Assembly: GCA_035463935.1 (NCBI GenBank)
Contig: DATHSX010000176.1
Coordinates: 1-28,436 of the forward strand
Length of the DNA: 28,436 bases
Direction: 5' to 3'
DNA from: Acidimicrobiia bacterium
Lineage (GTDB): Bacteria > Actinomycetota > Acidimicrobiia > Spongiisociales > ZC4RG35
In this document: positions 16,910-24,801 of the stretch, one piece after another
Numbering within the stretch: the stretch's first letter is position 1
Layout: every line of letters starts with the position of its first letter
Made by a program: the position numbers and the translations under genes
The notes under the pieces: model-generated
What the model was told of the DNA's origin: nothing
Databases searched by the model: none
The model's input: only the letters and a program-made list of their open reading frames with translations

Positions 16910-17247
16910 CATCGCGCCCCGACCGGGTTTTCGATCCCGCAGTCCAGCATGAACGCACCGCCCTGGCCTGGGAGAGGACGGGGGTCGCTCTCATGGTGGG
17001 AGGGGGTCTGTTGCTCAAACACGCCATCGACTCCACCACCACCTGGGCCGAGGTCCTCGGTCTCCTTGTGGGCGCCACCGGGGCGGGCATTCTGCTCTGG
17101 TCTTCTCACCGCTACGAATCCCTGCACGGAGTTCTTCGCTCCGACTCGGATGTCACTCACCCGTCCATGCTTCGGGCGGTGGCCCTAGTCACGGTGGCGG
17201 TATCGGCCGGAGCGTTGCTGCTGCTGATCGTGCGGGCCGCCGGTTAA
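16906..17247 (+). CDS. DUF202 family membrane protein (second paralog)
   Basis: DPAVQHERTALAWERTGVAL signature and 3 TM helices. ATGA overlap. Confidence 0.85.
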   Translation: MTSRPDRVFDPAVQHERTALAWERTGVALMVGGGLLLKHAIDSTTTWAEVLGLLVGATGAGILLWSSHRYESLHGVLRSDSDVTHPSMLRAVALVTVAVSAGALLLLIVRAAG

Positions 17248-17293
17248 GCGACGCGGAGACCCCGCGGCCGCCTGTTTTCCGGGTGGACCCGGG

Positions 17294-17626
17294 TCACCCG
17301 AGATCGAGGGCGTCGCGCAGGACGGTGACCCGCTCGGGGACCACCCGGAACCATGCCCACTTCCCCCGCTGCTCGCGGGTGAGGAGCCCGGCGCCGGCAA
17401 GAATCGACAGATGGTGACTCACCGTAGGCTGACTCCGCTCCAACGGCCCTACCAGGTCGCATGCACACATCTCGCCCTCCGGTGCGTTGGCGATCAGGCT
17501 CAGCAACCGCAGTCGGACCGGATCGGCCAGCACCTTGAAAGCGTCGGCGAGATCCTCGGCCTCGGGGATCCCCAGGGACCCTGTCAGCACCGGCTCACAA
17601 CAGGCCTGAATCAGCTTGACGTCCAC
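17294..17626 (-). CDS. arsR: ArsR/SmtB family As(III)-responsive repressor
   Basis: N-terminal ACCEP, FKVLADPVRLRLL, EMCACDL (alpha3 CxC site), RSQPTVSHHL, REQRGKWAWF. Divergent from arsM. Confidence 0.9.
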   Translation of the reverse strand: MDVKLIQACCEPVLTGSLGIPEAEDLADAFKVLADPVRLRLLSLIANAPEGEMCACDLVGPLERSQPTVSHHLSILAGAGLLTREQRGKWAWFRVVPERVTVLRDALDLG

Positions 17627-17632
17627 GACGCG

Positions 17633-17712
17633 ATTCTAGCCTCATTTCGATAGCCATCGATGTATTGACATCGGTCGATTCGACCAGTAAATTCGCATCG
17701 AAGCTCATCGAT
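17633..17712. promoter_or_regulatory. arsR/arsM divergent promoter region with candidate ArsR operators
   Basis: arsM promoter TTGACA(17665)-N17-TAAATT(17688). arsR -10 TAGAAT (17638-17633) sits 6 nt before the GTG, which suggests a leaderless mRNA. Related 15-mers TCGATAGCCATCGAT (17647) and TCGAAGCTCATCGAT (17698), plus ATCGATGT-N4-ACATCGGT over the -35. Confidence 0.7.
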
Positions 17713-17725
17713 ACAAGGAGAGGTC

Positions 17726-18478
17726 ATGTCCACCGAGAGTATCGCCCTTCGCGAGGAGGTACGGCGCCGCTACGCCATCAGCGCCGTCGGGCCAGACGCC
17801 GGATGTTGCGGATCCGACAGCAATTGTGGTCCGAGCGAACGGGATCTCACCGGGGGCCTGTACACATCCGGTGAGTTGGAGGGGATCCCAGCGTCGGCGG
17901 CCAACGCCAGCCTCGGATGCGGCAACCCCACCGCTCTAGCCGAGTTGAAAGAAGGCGAGACCGTGCTTGACCTAGGGTCGGGCGGGGGAATCGACGTCCT
18001 GCTCTCGGCCCGTCGGGTCGGAACCGGGGGATTCGCCTACGGGCTCGACATGACCGATGAGATGCTCGACCTGGCTCGGCGCAACGCCGCCGAGGCCGGT
18101 GCCACCAACGTCGAGTTCCTCAAGGGGTACATCGAAGACATCCCTCTCGACGACGAATCGGTCGACGTGGTCATCTCCAACTGCGTTATCAACCTTTCCG
18201 CCGACAAAGCGGCGGTCTTCGCTCAGATCCACCGCGTGCTCCGACCTGGGGGCCGGATCGGGATCAGCGACATCGTGGCCGATGACTCCCTCTCCCCGGA
18301 CGAACGAGCCGAGAGAGGAAGCTGGGTCGGCTGCATCGCCGGGGCGCTCTCAGTGACCGAGTACCGCCGGGGCCTGGCGGAAGCCGGGTTCACGGATATC
18401 TCCCTAACGCCCACCCACGCCGTGGCCGACGGCCTCGACTCGATGATCATCCGGGCGGTCAAGCCAGGCCAGGGGTGA
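17726..18478 (+). CDS. arsM: Arsenite S-adenosylmethionine methyltransferase
   Basis: SLGCGNP, VLDLGSGGGID, GLDMTDEML, VISNCVINL, WVGCIAGA (conserved Cys set). AAGGAG RBS. Confidence 0.93.
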   Translation: MSTESIALREEVRRRYAISAVGPDAGCCGSDSNCGPSERDLTGGLYTSGELEGIPASAANASLGCGNPTALAELKEGETVLDLGSGGGIDVLLSARRVGTGGFAYGLDMTDEMLDLARRNAAEAGATNVEFLKGYIEDIPLDDESVDVVISNCVINLSADKAAVFAQIHRVLRPGGRIGISDIVADDSLSPDERAERGSWVGCIAGALSVTEYRRGLAEAGFTDISLTPTHAVADGLDSMIIRAVKPGQG

Positions 18479-18501
18479 ACAGAAAGAGACCGGATCGGGT
18501 C

Positions 18502-18555
18502 AAGGGGCCACATCAGCACAACTGGCCAGATCAGCCCAAGGGGCCAGATCAGCTC
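18502..18555. repeat. Three tandem copies of an 18-bp unit
   Basis: AAGGGGCCACATCAGCAC / AACTGGCCAGATCAGCCC / AAGGGGCCAGATCAGCTC, between convergent genes. Confidence 0.8.
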
Positions 18556-18570
18556 AATTGAGGGGCTGGT

Positions 18571-19011
18571 TCAGCCTCCGCCCCCCAGATCCAGGTTGTA
18601 GGCGTCCCAGACGAGCTCAGCTCCCACCTGATCGTGATGAATCAGCTGGTCAAGCAGGTCTCTTATCGCCCACCGGGTCGACGATGTCGTCGAGGTCTTC
18701 TCCTCTGTCACCCGCAGCCGGAGAACTTGGAGGCGCTCGGACAGGTCCCCATGATCGTGCCGGAGCTCCTCGACCGCCGGACATAGGCGGGGGGCAGTCG
18801 TCACCAGATCGGCCAGCAGGCCTTCGGGCGCTTCGGTCTCGGCCACGTGGGCGGCCCACGTAGATGCCAGCTGTTCGAGCGCCGAGCCGAGCTGATCAGC
18901 CACCAAGTCAGCTTGAGCGGAGGGCGCGACCAGCTTGGCCGTGTCTTTGATGGCCTGTACCAGCCCCTTCCGGTTGGGCATGACAACCGCGACAACCTCC
19001 GCAGGTCTCAC
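18571..19011 (-). CDS. Hemerythrin-like four-helix protein (actinobacterial type)
   Basis: H..ETE.P.GL..DL...APRL...V..L..DH, HH..GAELVWDAY..DLGG. GGAGG RBS. Alternative start is the ATG at 18981. Confidence 0.65.
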   Translation of the reverse strand: MRPAEVVAVVMPNRKGLVQAIKDTAKLVAPSAQADLVADQLGSALEQLASTWAAHVAETEAPEGLLADLVTTAPRLCPAVEELRHDHGDLSERLQVLRLRVTEEKTSTTSSTRWAIRDLLDQLIHHDQVGAELVWDAYNLDLGGGG

Positions 19012-19103
19012 CTCATACCTCCGGTCTCGATACCTACATCAAAACGGGCTGGACGAACGCTGATCAGAGTCGTTGGACCCATCGCCTCTATCGCCACCGG
19101 GTC

Positions 19104-19430
19104 TCATGTCGGCCGAGGGCCGGGCAGCATCGTGAGGAGCATCACCGAGGGCTCGAGGGCGCGCAGGGAGTGAGGCACGTGGGCGTCCATCCGCAGCCAT
19201 CCTCCCGGCTCGAGCGTCAGTGTGTCCGAGCCGACCGTCGCGGCAAAACGGCCGGTGACGACCTGCACCAGCACCGGAACCGCTGCGGTGTGCTCGGTGA
19301 GCTCCTGACCGACATCGAAGGCGAAACCCACCAAGCGGACCCGGTCATCTCGGTACAGCACCCGGCTCAAGGTGCCGTCTTCCGGCACGGGGACTTCGGC
19401 CGCGATATCAGGTATGTAGGTGTGGGACAT
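19104..19430 (-). CDS. Cupin domain protein
   Basis: FAFDVGQELTEHTA...LVQVVTG...M.AHVPHSL.ALE cupin motifs. 108 aa. Confidence 0.85.
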   Translation of the reverse strand: MSHTYIPDIAAEVPVPEDGTLSRVLYRDDRVRLVGFAFDVGQELTEHTAAVPVLVQVVTGRFAATVGSDTLTLEPGGWLRMDAHVPHSLRALEPSVMLLTMLPGPRPT

Positions 19431-19504
19431 GGTCGAACCATCCTGGTGGCTCGCCCTTCTCTGCACCAATCAGCCGCTGGACCAACCGGCAAGGGCCCCG
19501 TCCA

Positions 19505-20992
19505 TCATTCAACGGAGCGAGGCAACTGGTCGACCGTGCACTCGCGCGGTTCTTTGTCCGTCCGAAAGCCTTTGAAGGAGGGAGCCCGCAGCCGCCCGCC
19601 CTGGGTCAGCTGACGGTATTCGACCGCCGCCACCAGCACGGGCGTTATCCAATGGGCTTTGCGCAACTCGGGCCGGCTCGTCACAGCCCCCGTGGGGAAG
19701 GGATTGGGGATCTCCTCCAGTGCTCGGAGCCGAGTCATCGCGTCGGTCAGCGACTGTCGGTCGAAGCCGGTCCCGACGTTTCCCACGTAGCGCAGCTGGT
19801 CATCGTCATACAGAGCCATCACCAATGAACCCAGCTCACCCTGACGCCGCCCCGAGCCATCGGTCCAGCCGGCGACCACCACGTCGGCCTCGAGGACGAA
19901 TTTCACCTTTAACCAGGAGCGGGATCGGGCGCCTGGCTCGTACTTGGAGGCGACTCGCTTGGCCACAACGCCTTCCAGGCCCTGAGCTTCGGCCGCCGCA
20001 TACAAAGCCAACCCTTCGCCAGCGACGGCGGGCGACAGCTGCACCGCCTCGCTGACCACCAGCGCCTCCTCCAGCAACCGGCGACGCTCCCCCAGTTGCT
20101 CTGAGATGAGGGAACGGCCATCCAGGTAGATCAGGTCAAAGGCCATATACACGACCGGAGCTGTCCGGGCCAGGCGCTCCAACTGCTTCTGATCACGAAC
20201 ATGCATGCGTTGTTGGAGTCTCTGGAAAGAGGGCACTCCCCGCACAAAGGACACGATCTCGCCGTCGAGGACGGCGTCCAGCGCCACGACGCGGTCGTGC
20301 AGGTTGGCCAACTCCGGGTAGCCGGCGGTGATGTCGTTCCGTCGGCGCGAGACGAGGGCGGTGTTCTCTCCGCAGATCGCCAGGGCCCTGATGCCGTCCC
20401 ATTTCGGCTCGAATAGGAACGAAGGATCGTCGAACGGCTGGGGCACAAGGGTGGCCAGCATCGGGTCCAGCTGTGGGAAGGGCTCGGCGGGAGGACGATC
20501 ATCCTGGGAGAGGATGGCGAGCCACCTTTCCCTGCCATCTTCGAGACCCGTGCGAACCAGGTGATAGGTCCCTCGGATCCGCTTTCCCTCCAGTCGGAAG
20601 GTCAGCTTCTCATTGTCGCGTTTGAGCATCTCATAGGTGCCGGCGTCGAAGATGCGCACCTCGCCCGCTCCGTAATTGCCCTCCGGGATGGTTCCGGAGA
20701 AGGTGGCGTACTCGGCGGGATGGTCCTCGGTCCGTACCGCGAGTGCCTTGACCCCCTTGCGCCGGGGAAGGCCCTTTGGTACCGCCCAGGAGACCAGGAC
20801 CGGTTTGGAACCGGACATCATCTCCAGGCGCACGTCGTGATGGAGACGGGTGGCGTAGTGCTGCTGGACTACGAATCCCGGGCCGGGAGGGGCCAAGAGC
20901 GGCTCAACGTCGGCTCCCTCGGTGGCGGGCGGCGGCTCGGGGGTCTGATCGAATCGGCGCCTGCGACGGTAGGTCGAGTCAGTTCCGGCCAT
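19505..20992 (-). CDS. ligD: NHEJ DNA ligase D, phosphoesterase plus ligase domains (no polymerase domain)
   Basis: PE domain FVVQQHYATRLHHDVRLE..SWAVPKG..TEDHP..Y. Ligase motifs FEPKWDGIR, VLDGEIV, AFDLIYLDG, EGVVAKR, Y.PG.RS.SWLKVK, and OB domain LRAPSFKG.R.DK. Confidence 0.92.
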   Translation of the reverse strand: MAGTDSTYRRRRRFDQTPEPPPATEGADVEPLLAPPGPGFVVQQHYATRLHHDVRLEMMSGSKPVLVSWAVPKGLPRRKGVKALAVRTEDHPAEYATFSGTIPEGNYGAGEVRIFDAGTYEMLKRDNEKLTFRLEGKRIRGTYHLVRTGLEDGRERWLAILSQDDRPPAEPFPQLDPMLATLVPQPFDDPSFLFEPKWDGIRALAICGENTALVSRRRNDITAGYPELANLHDRVVALDAVLDGEIVSFVRGVPSFQRLQQRMHVRDQKQLERLARTAPVVYMAFDLIYLDGRSLISEQLGERRRLLEEALVVSEAVQLSPAVAGEGLALYAAAEAQGLEGVVAKRVASKYEPGARSRSWLKVKFVLEADVVVAGWTDGSGRRQGELGSLVMALYDDDQLRYVGNVGTGFDRQSLTDAMTRLRALEEIPNPFPTGAVTSRPELRKAHWITPVLVAAVEYRQLTQGGRLRAPSFKGFRTDKEPRECTVDQLPRSVE

Positions 20993-21006
20993 CGAAGGCC
21001 GCCAAG

Positions 21007-21954
21007 TCAAGCCGATCGGCGAGCGCGGTTGGCCTCCACACTGGCCCGGAGGGCATCGAGCAAATCGACGACCTTCTCCGGCATGGGTTCTGGTGGCGCG
21101 TACTCCACCTCATGACCCTCGATTTTGGCGTCGATGGCCTCCTGTAGACGTTGACGGTACGTGTCCTGGAACCGATCGGGGTCGAACTCGCCGGTGAGCT
21201 GATCGATGAGGAGCTGGGCCATCTTCTTCTCCTCGCCCGAGATTCGAGGCGCCTGGTCGAGTTGGGCGAAGGCCGGCACTCGAATCTCGTCGGGCCAGTT
21301 CATCGTCTCGAGCACCAGGACCCCGTCCTTGGCGCGCAAGGTGCACAGCCTTTCCTTCTCCCGCAGGGTGATCTTGCCGATCGCCACCCGGTCGGATTCG
21401 GCGAGGGCATCCAGGAAGAGCTTGTAGGCCTTCACGGCTGTCTTGTCGGGAGCGACGTAGTACGACCGATCGAAGTAGAGAGGGTCGATCGCGGACCGCT
21501 CGACGAATTGAACGATGTCGACCACGCGAAGGCTTTCGACCGGAATCTGTTCCAGCTCCTCTTGGGTGAACACCACAAACTTCCCGTTCTCGTACTCGTA
21601 GCCTTTGACGATGTCGTCCCAATCGACCTCGCGACCCGTCTTGGTCGATACCCGCTTGTACTGCACCCTTGACCTGTCCTTGCCGGACAGAAGGCGGAAC
21701 GCAATGTCCCGATCCTCAATAGCCGTGTATAACCCCACCGGAATGGTGATCAGGCCGAACGTGATAGCGCCGCTCCAGATCGAGCGCTGAGTAGTGGAGG
21801 GCTCGGTCCTGTTAGGGTGGCCGGGAGTGCCGTTGGCCAGGGCCGCGATCAATTCGGCCCGATCCATCTGGGAGCGACCGGGGATGTCCGCCTTTTGCGC
21901 CCGTTGATAGAGCTCGGCCTTGGTCAGGTTCTCGAGGGTCGTCTCAACCGGCAT
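21007..21954 (-). CDS. ku: NHEJ Ku protein with an N-terminal Rho-N/HeH-like helical module
   Basis: Core SIWSGAITFGLITIPV.LY.A, IVKGYEY, FV......IDP.YFDRSYY, LETMNWPDEIR, F.D.Y..RL..AI.AK, VVDLLDALRAS. Residues 7-39 are LENLTKAELYQRAQKADIPGRSQMDRAELIAAL. Confidence 0.93.
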   Translation of the reverse strand: MPVETTLENLTKAELYQRAQKADIPGRSQMDRAELIAALANGTPGHPNRTEPSTTQRSIWSGAITFGLITIPVGLYTAIEDRDIAFRLLSGKDRSRVQYKRVSTKTGREVDWDDIVKGYEYENGKFVVFTQEELEQIPVESLRVVDIVQFVERSAIDPLYFDRSYYVAPDKTAVKAYKLFLDALAESDRVAIGKITLREKERLCTLRAKDGVLVLETMNWPDEIRVPAFAQLDQAPRISGEEKKMAQLLIDQLTGEFDPDRFQDTYRQRLQEAIDAKIEGHEVEYAPPEPMPEKVVDLLDALRASVEANRARRSA

Positions 21955-22027
21955 CTTCTGGCCTCCGACGCGGGCCACATCGGGGAGAGATCAGATGCAA
22001 CGATGACCACAGTTCCACTAGAGACTG

Positions 22028-22055
22028 GTACCCATCCGTCGCCCGGTTGCAAACC
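22028..22055 (-). promoter_or_regulatory. SigF/SigB-type promoter GGTTT-N17-GGGTAC upstream of ku-ligD
   Basis: Exact match to the actinobacterial stress-sigma consensus GGWWT-N16/17-GGGTAY, with the -10 element 74 nt before the ku ATG. Confidence 0.65.
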
Positions 22056-22117
22056 ACGACATCACCCCGTCTCCATCAGGGAAGCCGGACCATGACGGCG
22101 GAGGGGAGCCGCCGGGG

Positions 22118-22981
22118 GTGACCGTACGGGTGGGAGTGTCCGGGTGGTCTTATCGACACTGGCGGGGACGCTTTTATCCCTCCGGGCTTCCGGCCTCATC
22201 CGAACTGGCTTACGCCGCGGAGCGCTTCACCAGCATCGAGATCAACCGGACGTTCTACTCCCTGGCCAGTCCCTCACTTTTTCGTCGTTGGTACCTGACG
22301 GCGCCTCCCGGTTTCGAGTACGCCGTAAAGGGAAGCCGCTTCATTACCCACAACCTGAAGCTGGAGGGCGTCGAGTCGGCGCTGGCCAACTTCTGCGCCT
22401 CCGGCCTGCTCGAGCTCAAAGAGAAGCTCGGGCCCATCCTCTGGCAACTCTCGCCAAGAATCGCCCTGAACGCCGGCCGGCTGGAGTCCTTTCTTGCCCT
22501 GCTGCCCGCGGACACTCTCGAGGTCGCGGCTCAGGCCGCTTCCCATACCTTGCCTTCTCGCGAGGTCACCGTGGAGCCCCGGGGGCGGTTCACCGTACGC
22601 CACGCCCTGGAGCTGCGCCATCCCAGCTTTCTGATCCCCGAGGTGGTGGAGTTGGCCCGCCGCCACCGGGTCGCCCTGGCGTTCTCTCACTCTTCGCAGT
22701 GGCCCTACATCGAGGAGATCACCGCCGGCTTCGTCTACCTCCGCCTGCACGGTCCCGGCCGGCTCTACGCCAGCCGCTACACCGCCGCCGAACTCCGGCA
22801 GTGGTCGGACCGGATCCATTCCTGGGCCCGTGGCGAACAGCCACCCGATGCCCGCGGGATCACGGGTCGGCAGCCTCCACCCTGCAAGACCCGCGATGTA
22901 TATGTCTACTTCGACAACGATGCCTCCGGGTATGCCCCCCGCCAAGCCCTGCAGCTCGCCCGGATAGCCGGGACCGGATAG
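22118..22981 (+). CDS. DUF72 family protein (YecE/YunF TIM barrel)
   Basis: VGVSGWSY..W.G.FYP, SIEINRTFY, KGSRFITH, KLGPILWQL.P, RHALELRH.SF, YLRLHG, YVYFDND. Confidence 0.9.
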   Translation: MTVRVGVSGWSYRHWRGRFYPSGLPASSELAYAAERFTSIEINRTFYSLASPSLFRRWYLTAPPGFEYAVKGSRFITHNLKLEGVESALANFCASGLLELKEKLGPILWQLSPRIALNAGRLESFLALLPADTLEVAAQAASHTLPSREVTVEPRGRFTVRHALELRHPSFLIPEVVELARRHRVALAFSHSSQWPYIEEITAGFVYLRLHGPGRLYASRYTAAELRQWSDRIHSWARGEQPPDARGITGRQPPPCKTRDVYVYFDNDASGYAPRQALQLARIAGTG

Positions 22982-23003
22982 CCGAGTGCCACCGGCGCCG
23001 GAC

Positions 23004-23321
23004 ATGATCGAGACGGCCCCGGGTGGGGTCTATGTCGAGGTCCACGCCCAAGCCGGGGCTCGCCGCACTCGGGTCTTGGGTCGCCACGGTGCCGCCCTCA
23101 AGATGGCGGTGGCAGCTCCCCCGGCGGAGGGCAAGGCCAACCAGGCACTGATCAGGGCGATGGCGGAGTTGCTTGGCGTCGCACCCAAGGACGTTTCGTT
23201 GCTCTCGGGCCAACGGACCCGCCGCAAGCGGTTCCTGGTGAAGGGAATCGATTATCAGCAGGCAAGGGCCCGCATCGATGCCGCGATTCTTGCGGCACAG
23301 GCAGCCCGATCCGGCCGCTGA
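23004..23321 (+). CDS. DUF167/YggU (UPF0235) family protein
   Basis: V.VHAQAGARRT.V.G......K.AVAAPP.EGKANQALI..MA.LLGV....V.L.SG...R.K. Alternative start is the GTG at 22986. Confidence 0.88.
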   Translation: MIETAPGGVYVEVHAQAGARRTRVLGRHGAALKMAVAAPPAEGKANQALIRAMAELLGVAPKDVSLLSGQRTRRKRFLVKGIDYQQARARIDAAILAAQAARSGR

Positions 23322-23460
23322 CCTCTATGTCGATCTCTTTGCCGGAACGCCCCATCGCTCTTAGTGTTCGACCCATCTCGACGCATGAACGCCAGCGGGC
23401 GGAAGGGCTCTAGCCCGGTCCGATGACGCAGCGTCTGTTCCGGCCTCCAGGAGGAAGGGC

Positions 23461-24798
23461 ATGTCATCTGAGTTCTTTACCGAAGTCACAGATCGAATCA
23501 GGTTCGGGGGGATCGACTCGGGCGACGACCTGACGTTCAAGGTCTACGACCCGGATCGGATCGTCCTCGGCAAGCGCATGGAGGACCACCTGCGGATGGC
23601 GGTCTGTTACTGGCACTCGTTCAACTGGCCGGGCAGCGACGTCTTTGGGCGAGGGACGTTCGACCGACCCTGGCTCGATGCAGCCGGAGATCCAATGCAG
23701 GCAGCGCGTCAGAAGATGGATGCGGCCTTCGAGTTCTTCTCGAAGTTGGGAACCCCCTATTTCTGTTTCCACGACGTCGACATCGCCCCGGAGGGCGATT
23801 CCTTTTCGGAATCGGCCCGCAATCTCGAAGCCATGGTCGACTATGCGGAGAAGAAGATGGCCGAGACCGGCGTGAAGGTGCTGTGGGGCACCGCCAACCT
23901 CTTCTCGCATCCCCGATACGCGGCCGGAGCGTCTACCAATCCCGACCCGGCGGTCTTCGCTTATGCCGCTGCCCAGGTCAAACACGCCATGGAGGCGACC
24001 CATCGGCTGGGAGGGGTCAACTACGTGCTCTGGGGAGGGCGGGAGGGATACGAAACGCTTCTCAACACCGACCTGAAACAGGAGGGCGAGCAATTCGCCA
24101 CGTTCCTGACCATGGTGGCCGAACACAAGCACAGCATTGGCTTCGAGGGAACCCTGCTGATCGAGCCCAAGCCGGCCGAACCCACCAAGCATCAGTACGA
24201 CTACGACTGTCAGTCGGTGCATGGATTCCTGGAGCGGTTCGACCTCGTCGACGAGTACCGGCTCAACATCGAGGGCAACCACGCCACCTTGGCCGGGCAC
24301 AGCTTTCACCATGAGGTGGCCTACGCCGTCGCCCACGGAATCTTTGGCTCGATCGACGCCAACCGGGGCGATTATCAGAACGGCTGGGACACGGACCAGT
24401 TCCCCAACTCCGTGGATGAGTTATCCATGGTCGTCTATGAGATCCTGAAAGGGGGCGGTTTCACGACCGGAGGATTCAACTTCGATTCGAAATTGCGCCG
24501 CCAGTCGCTGGACCGCAGCGACCTATTCCACGGTCACATCGGTGGCATCGATACGCTGGCCCGGTCGCTGCTGGTCGCGGCCGACATGGTCGAGCAGGAG
24601 ACACTCTCGAGGCCGCGCGCCGAGCGTTATGCCCGCTGGTCGGCCGATCTCGGAGCCCGCATCATGTCCGGTGGTGAGACCCTGAACTCGCTCGAGTCGC
24701 AAGTGATCTCCGGCGACCTCGACCCTATGCCGGTCTCCGGCCGTCAGGAGGTCCTCGAAAATCGGGTGAATAGGATCATCTGGTCGTCCGGGAGCTGA
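23461..24798 (+). CDS. xylA: Xylose isomerase (class II)
   Basis: [71 protein letters not shown]. Confidence 0.96.
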   Translation: MSSEFFTEVTDRIRFGGIDSGDDLTFKVYDPDRIVLGKRMEDHLRMAVCYWHSFNWPGSDVFGRGTFDRPWLDAAGDPMQAARQKMDAAFEFFSKLGTPYFCFHDVDIAPEGDSFSESARNLEAMVDYAEKKMAETGVKVLWGTANLFSHPRYAAGASTNPDPAVFAYAAAQVKHAMEATHRLGGVNYVLWGGREGYETLLNTDLKQEGEQFATFLTMVAEHKHSIGFEGTLLIEPKPAEPTKHQYDYDCQSVHGFLERFDLVDEYRLNIEGNHATLAGHSFHHEVAYAVAHGIFGSIDANRGDYQNGWDTDQFPNSVDELSMVVYEILKGGGFTTGGFNFDSKLRRQSLDRSDLFHGHIGGIDTLARSLLVAADMVEQETLSRPRAERYARWSADLGARIMSGGETLNSLESQVISGDLDPMPVSGRQEVLENRVNRIIWSSGS

Positions 24799-24801
24799 CC
24801 G

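Noticed and set aside
17248-17293. Two short hairpins (CGCGG-AGAC-CCGCG; CCGGG-TGGA-CCCGG) between the convergent DUF202 and arsR genes
   Set aside because: Only 5-bp stems in very GC-rich DNA, not distinguishable from chance, although a bidirectional terminator is possible.
18502-18555. Mini-CRISPR interpretation of the 18-bp repeats
   Set aside because: The repeats are contiguous with no spacers, too short, and have no cas genes nearby.
23322-23460. Xylose repressor operator upstream of xylA
   Set aside because: No convincing palindrome or promoter consensus was found.
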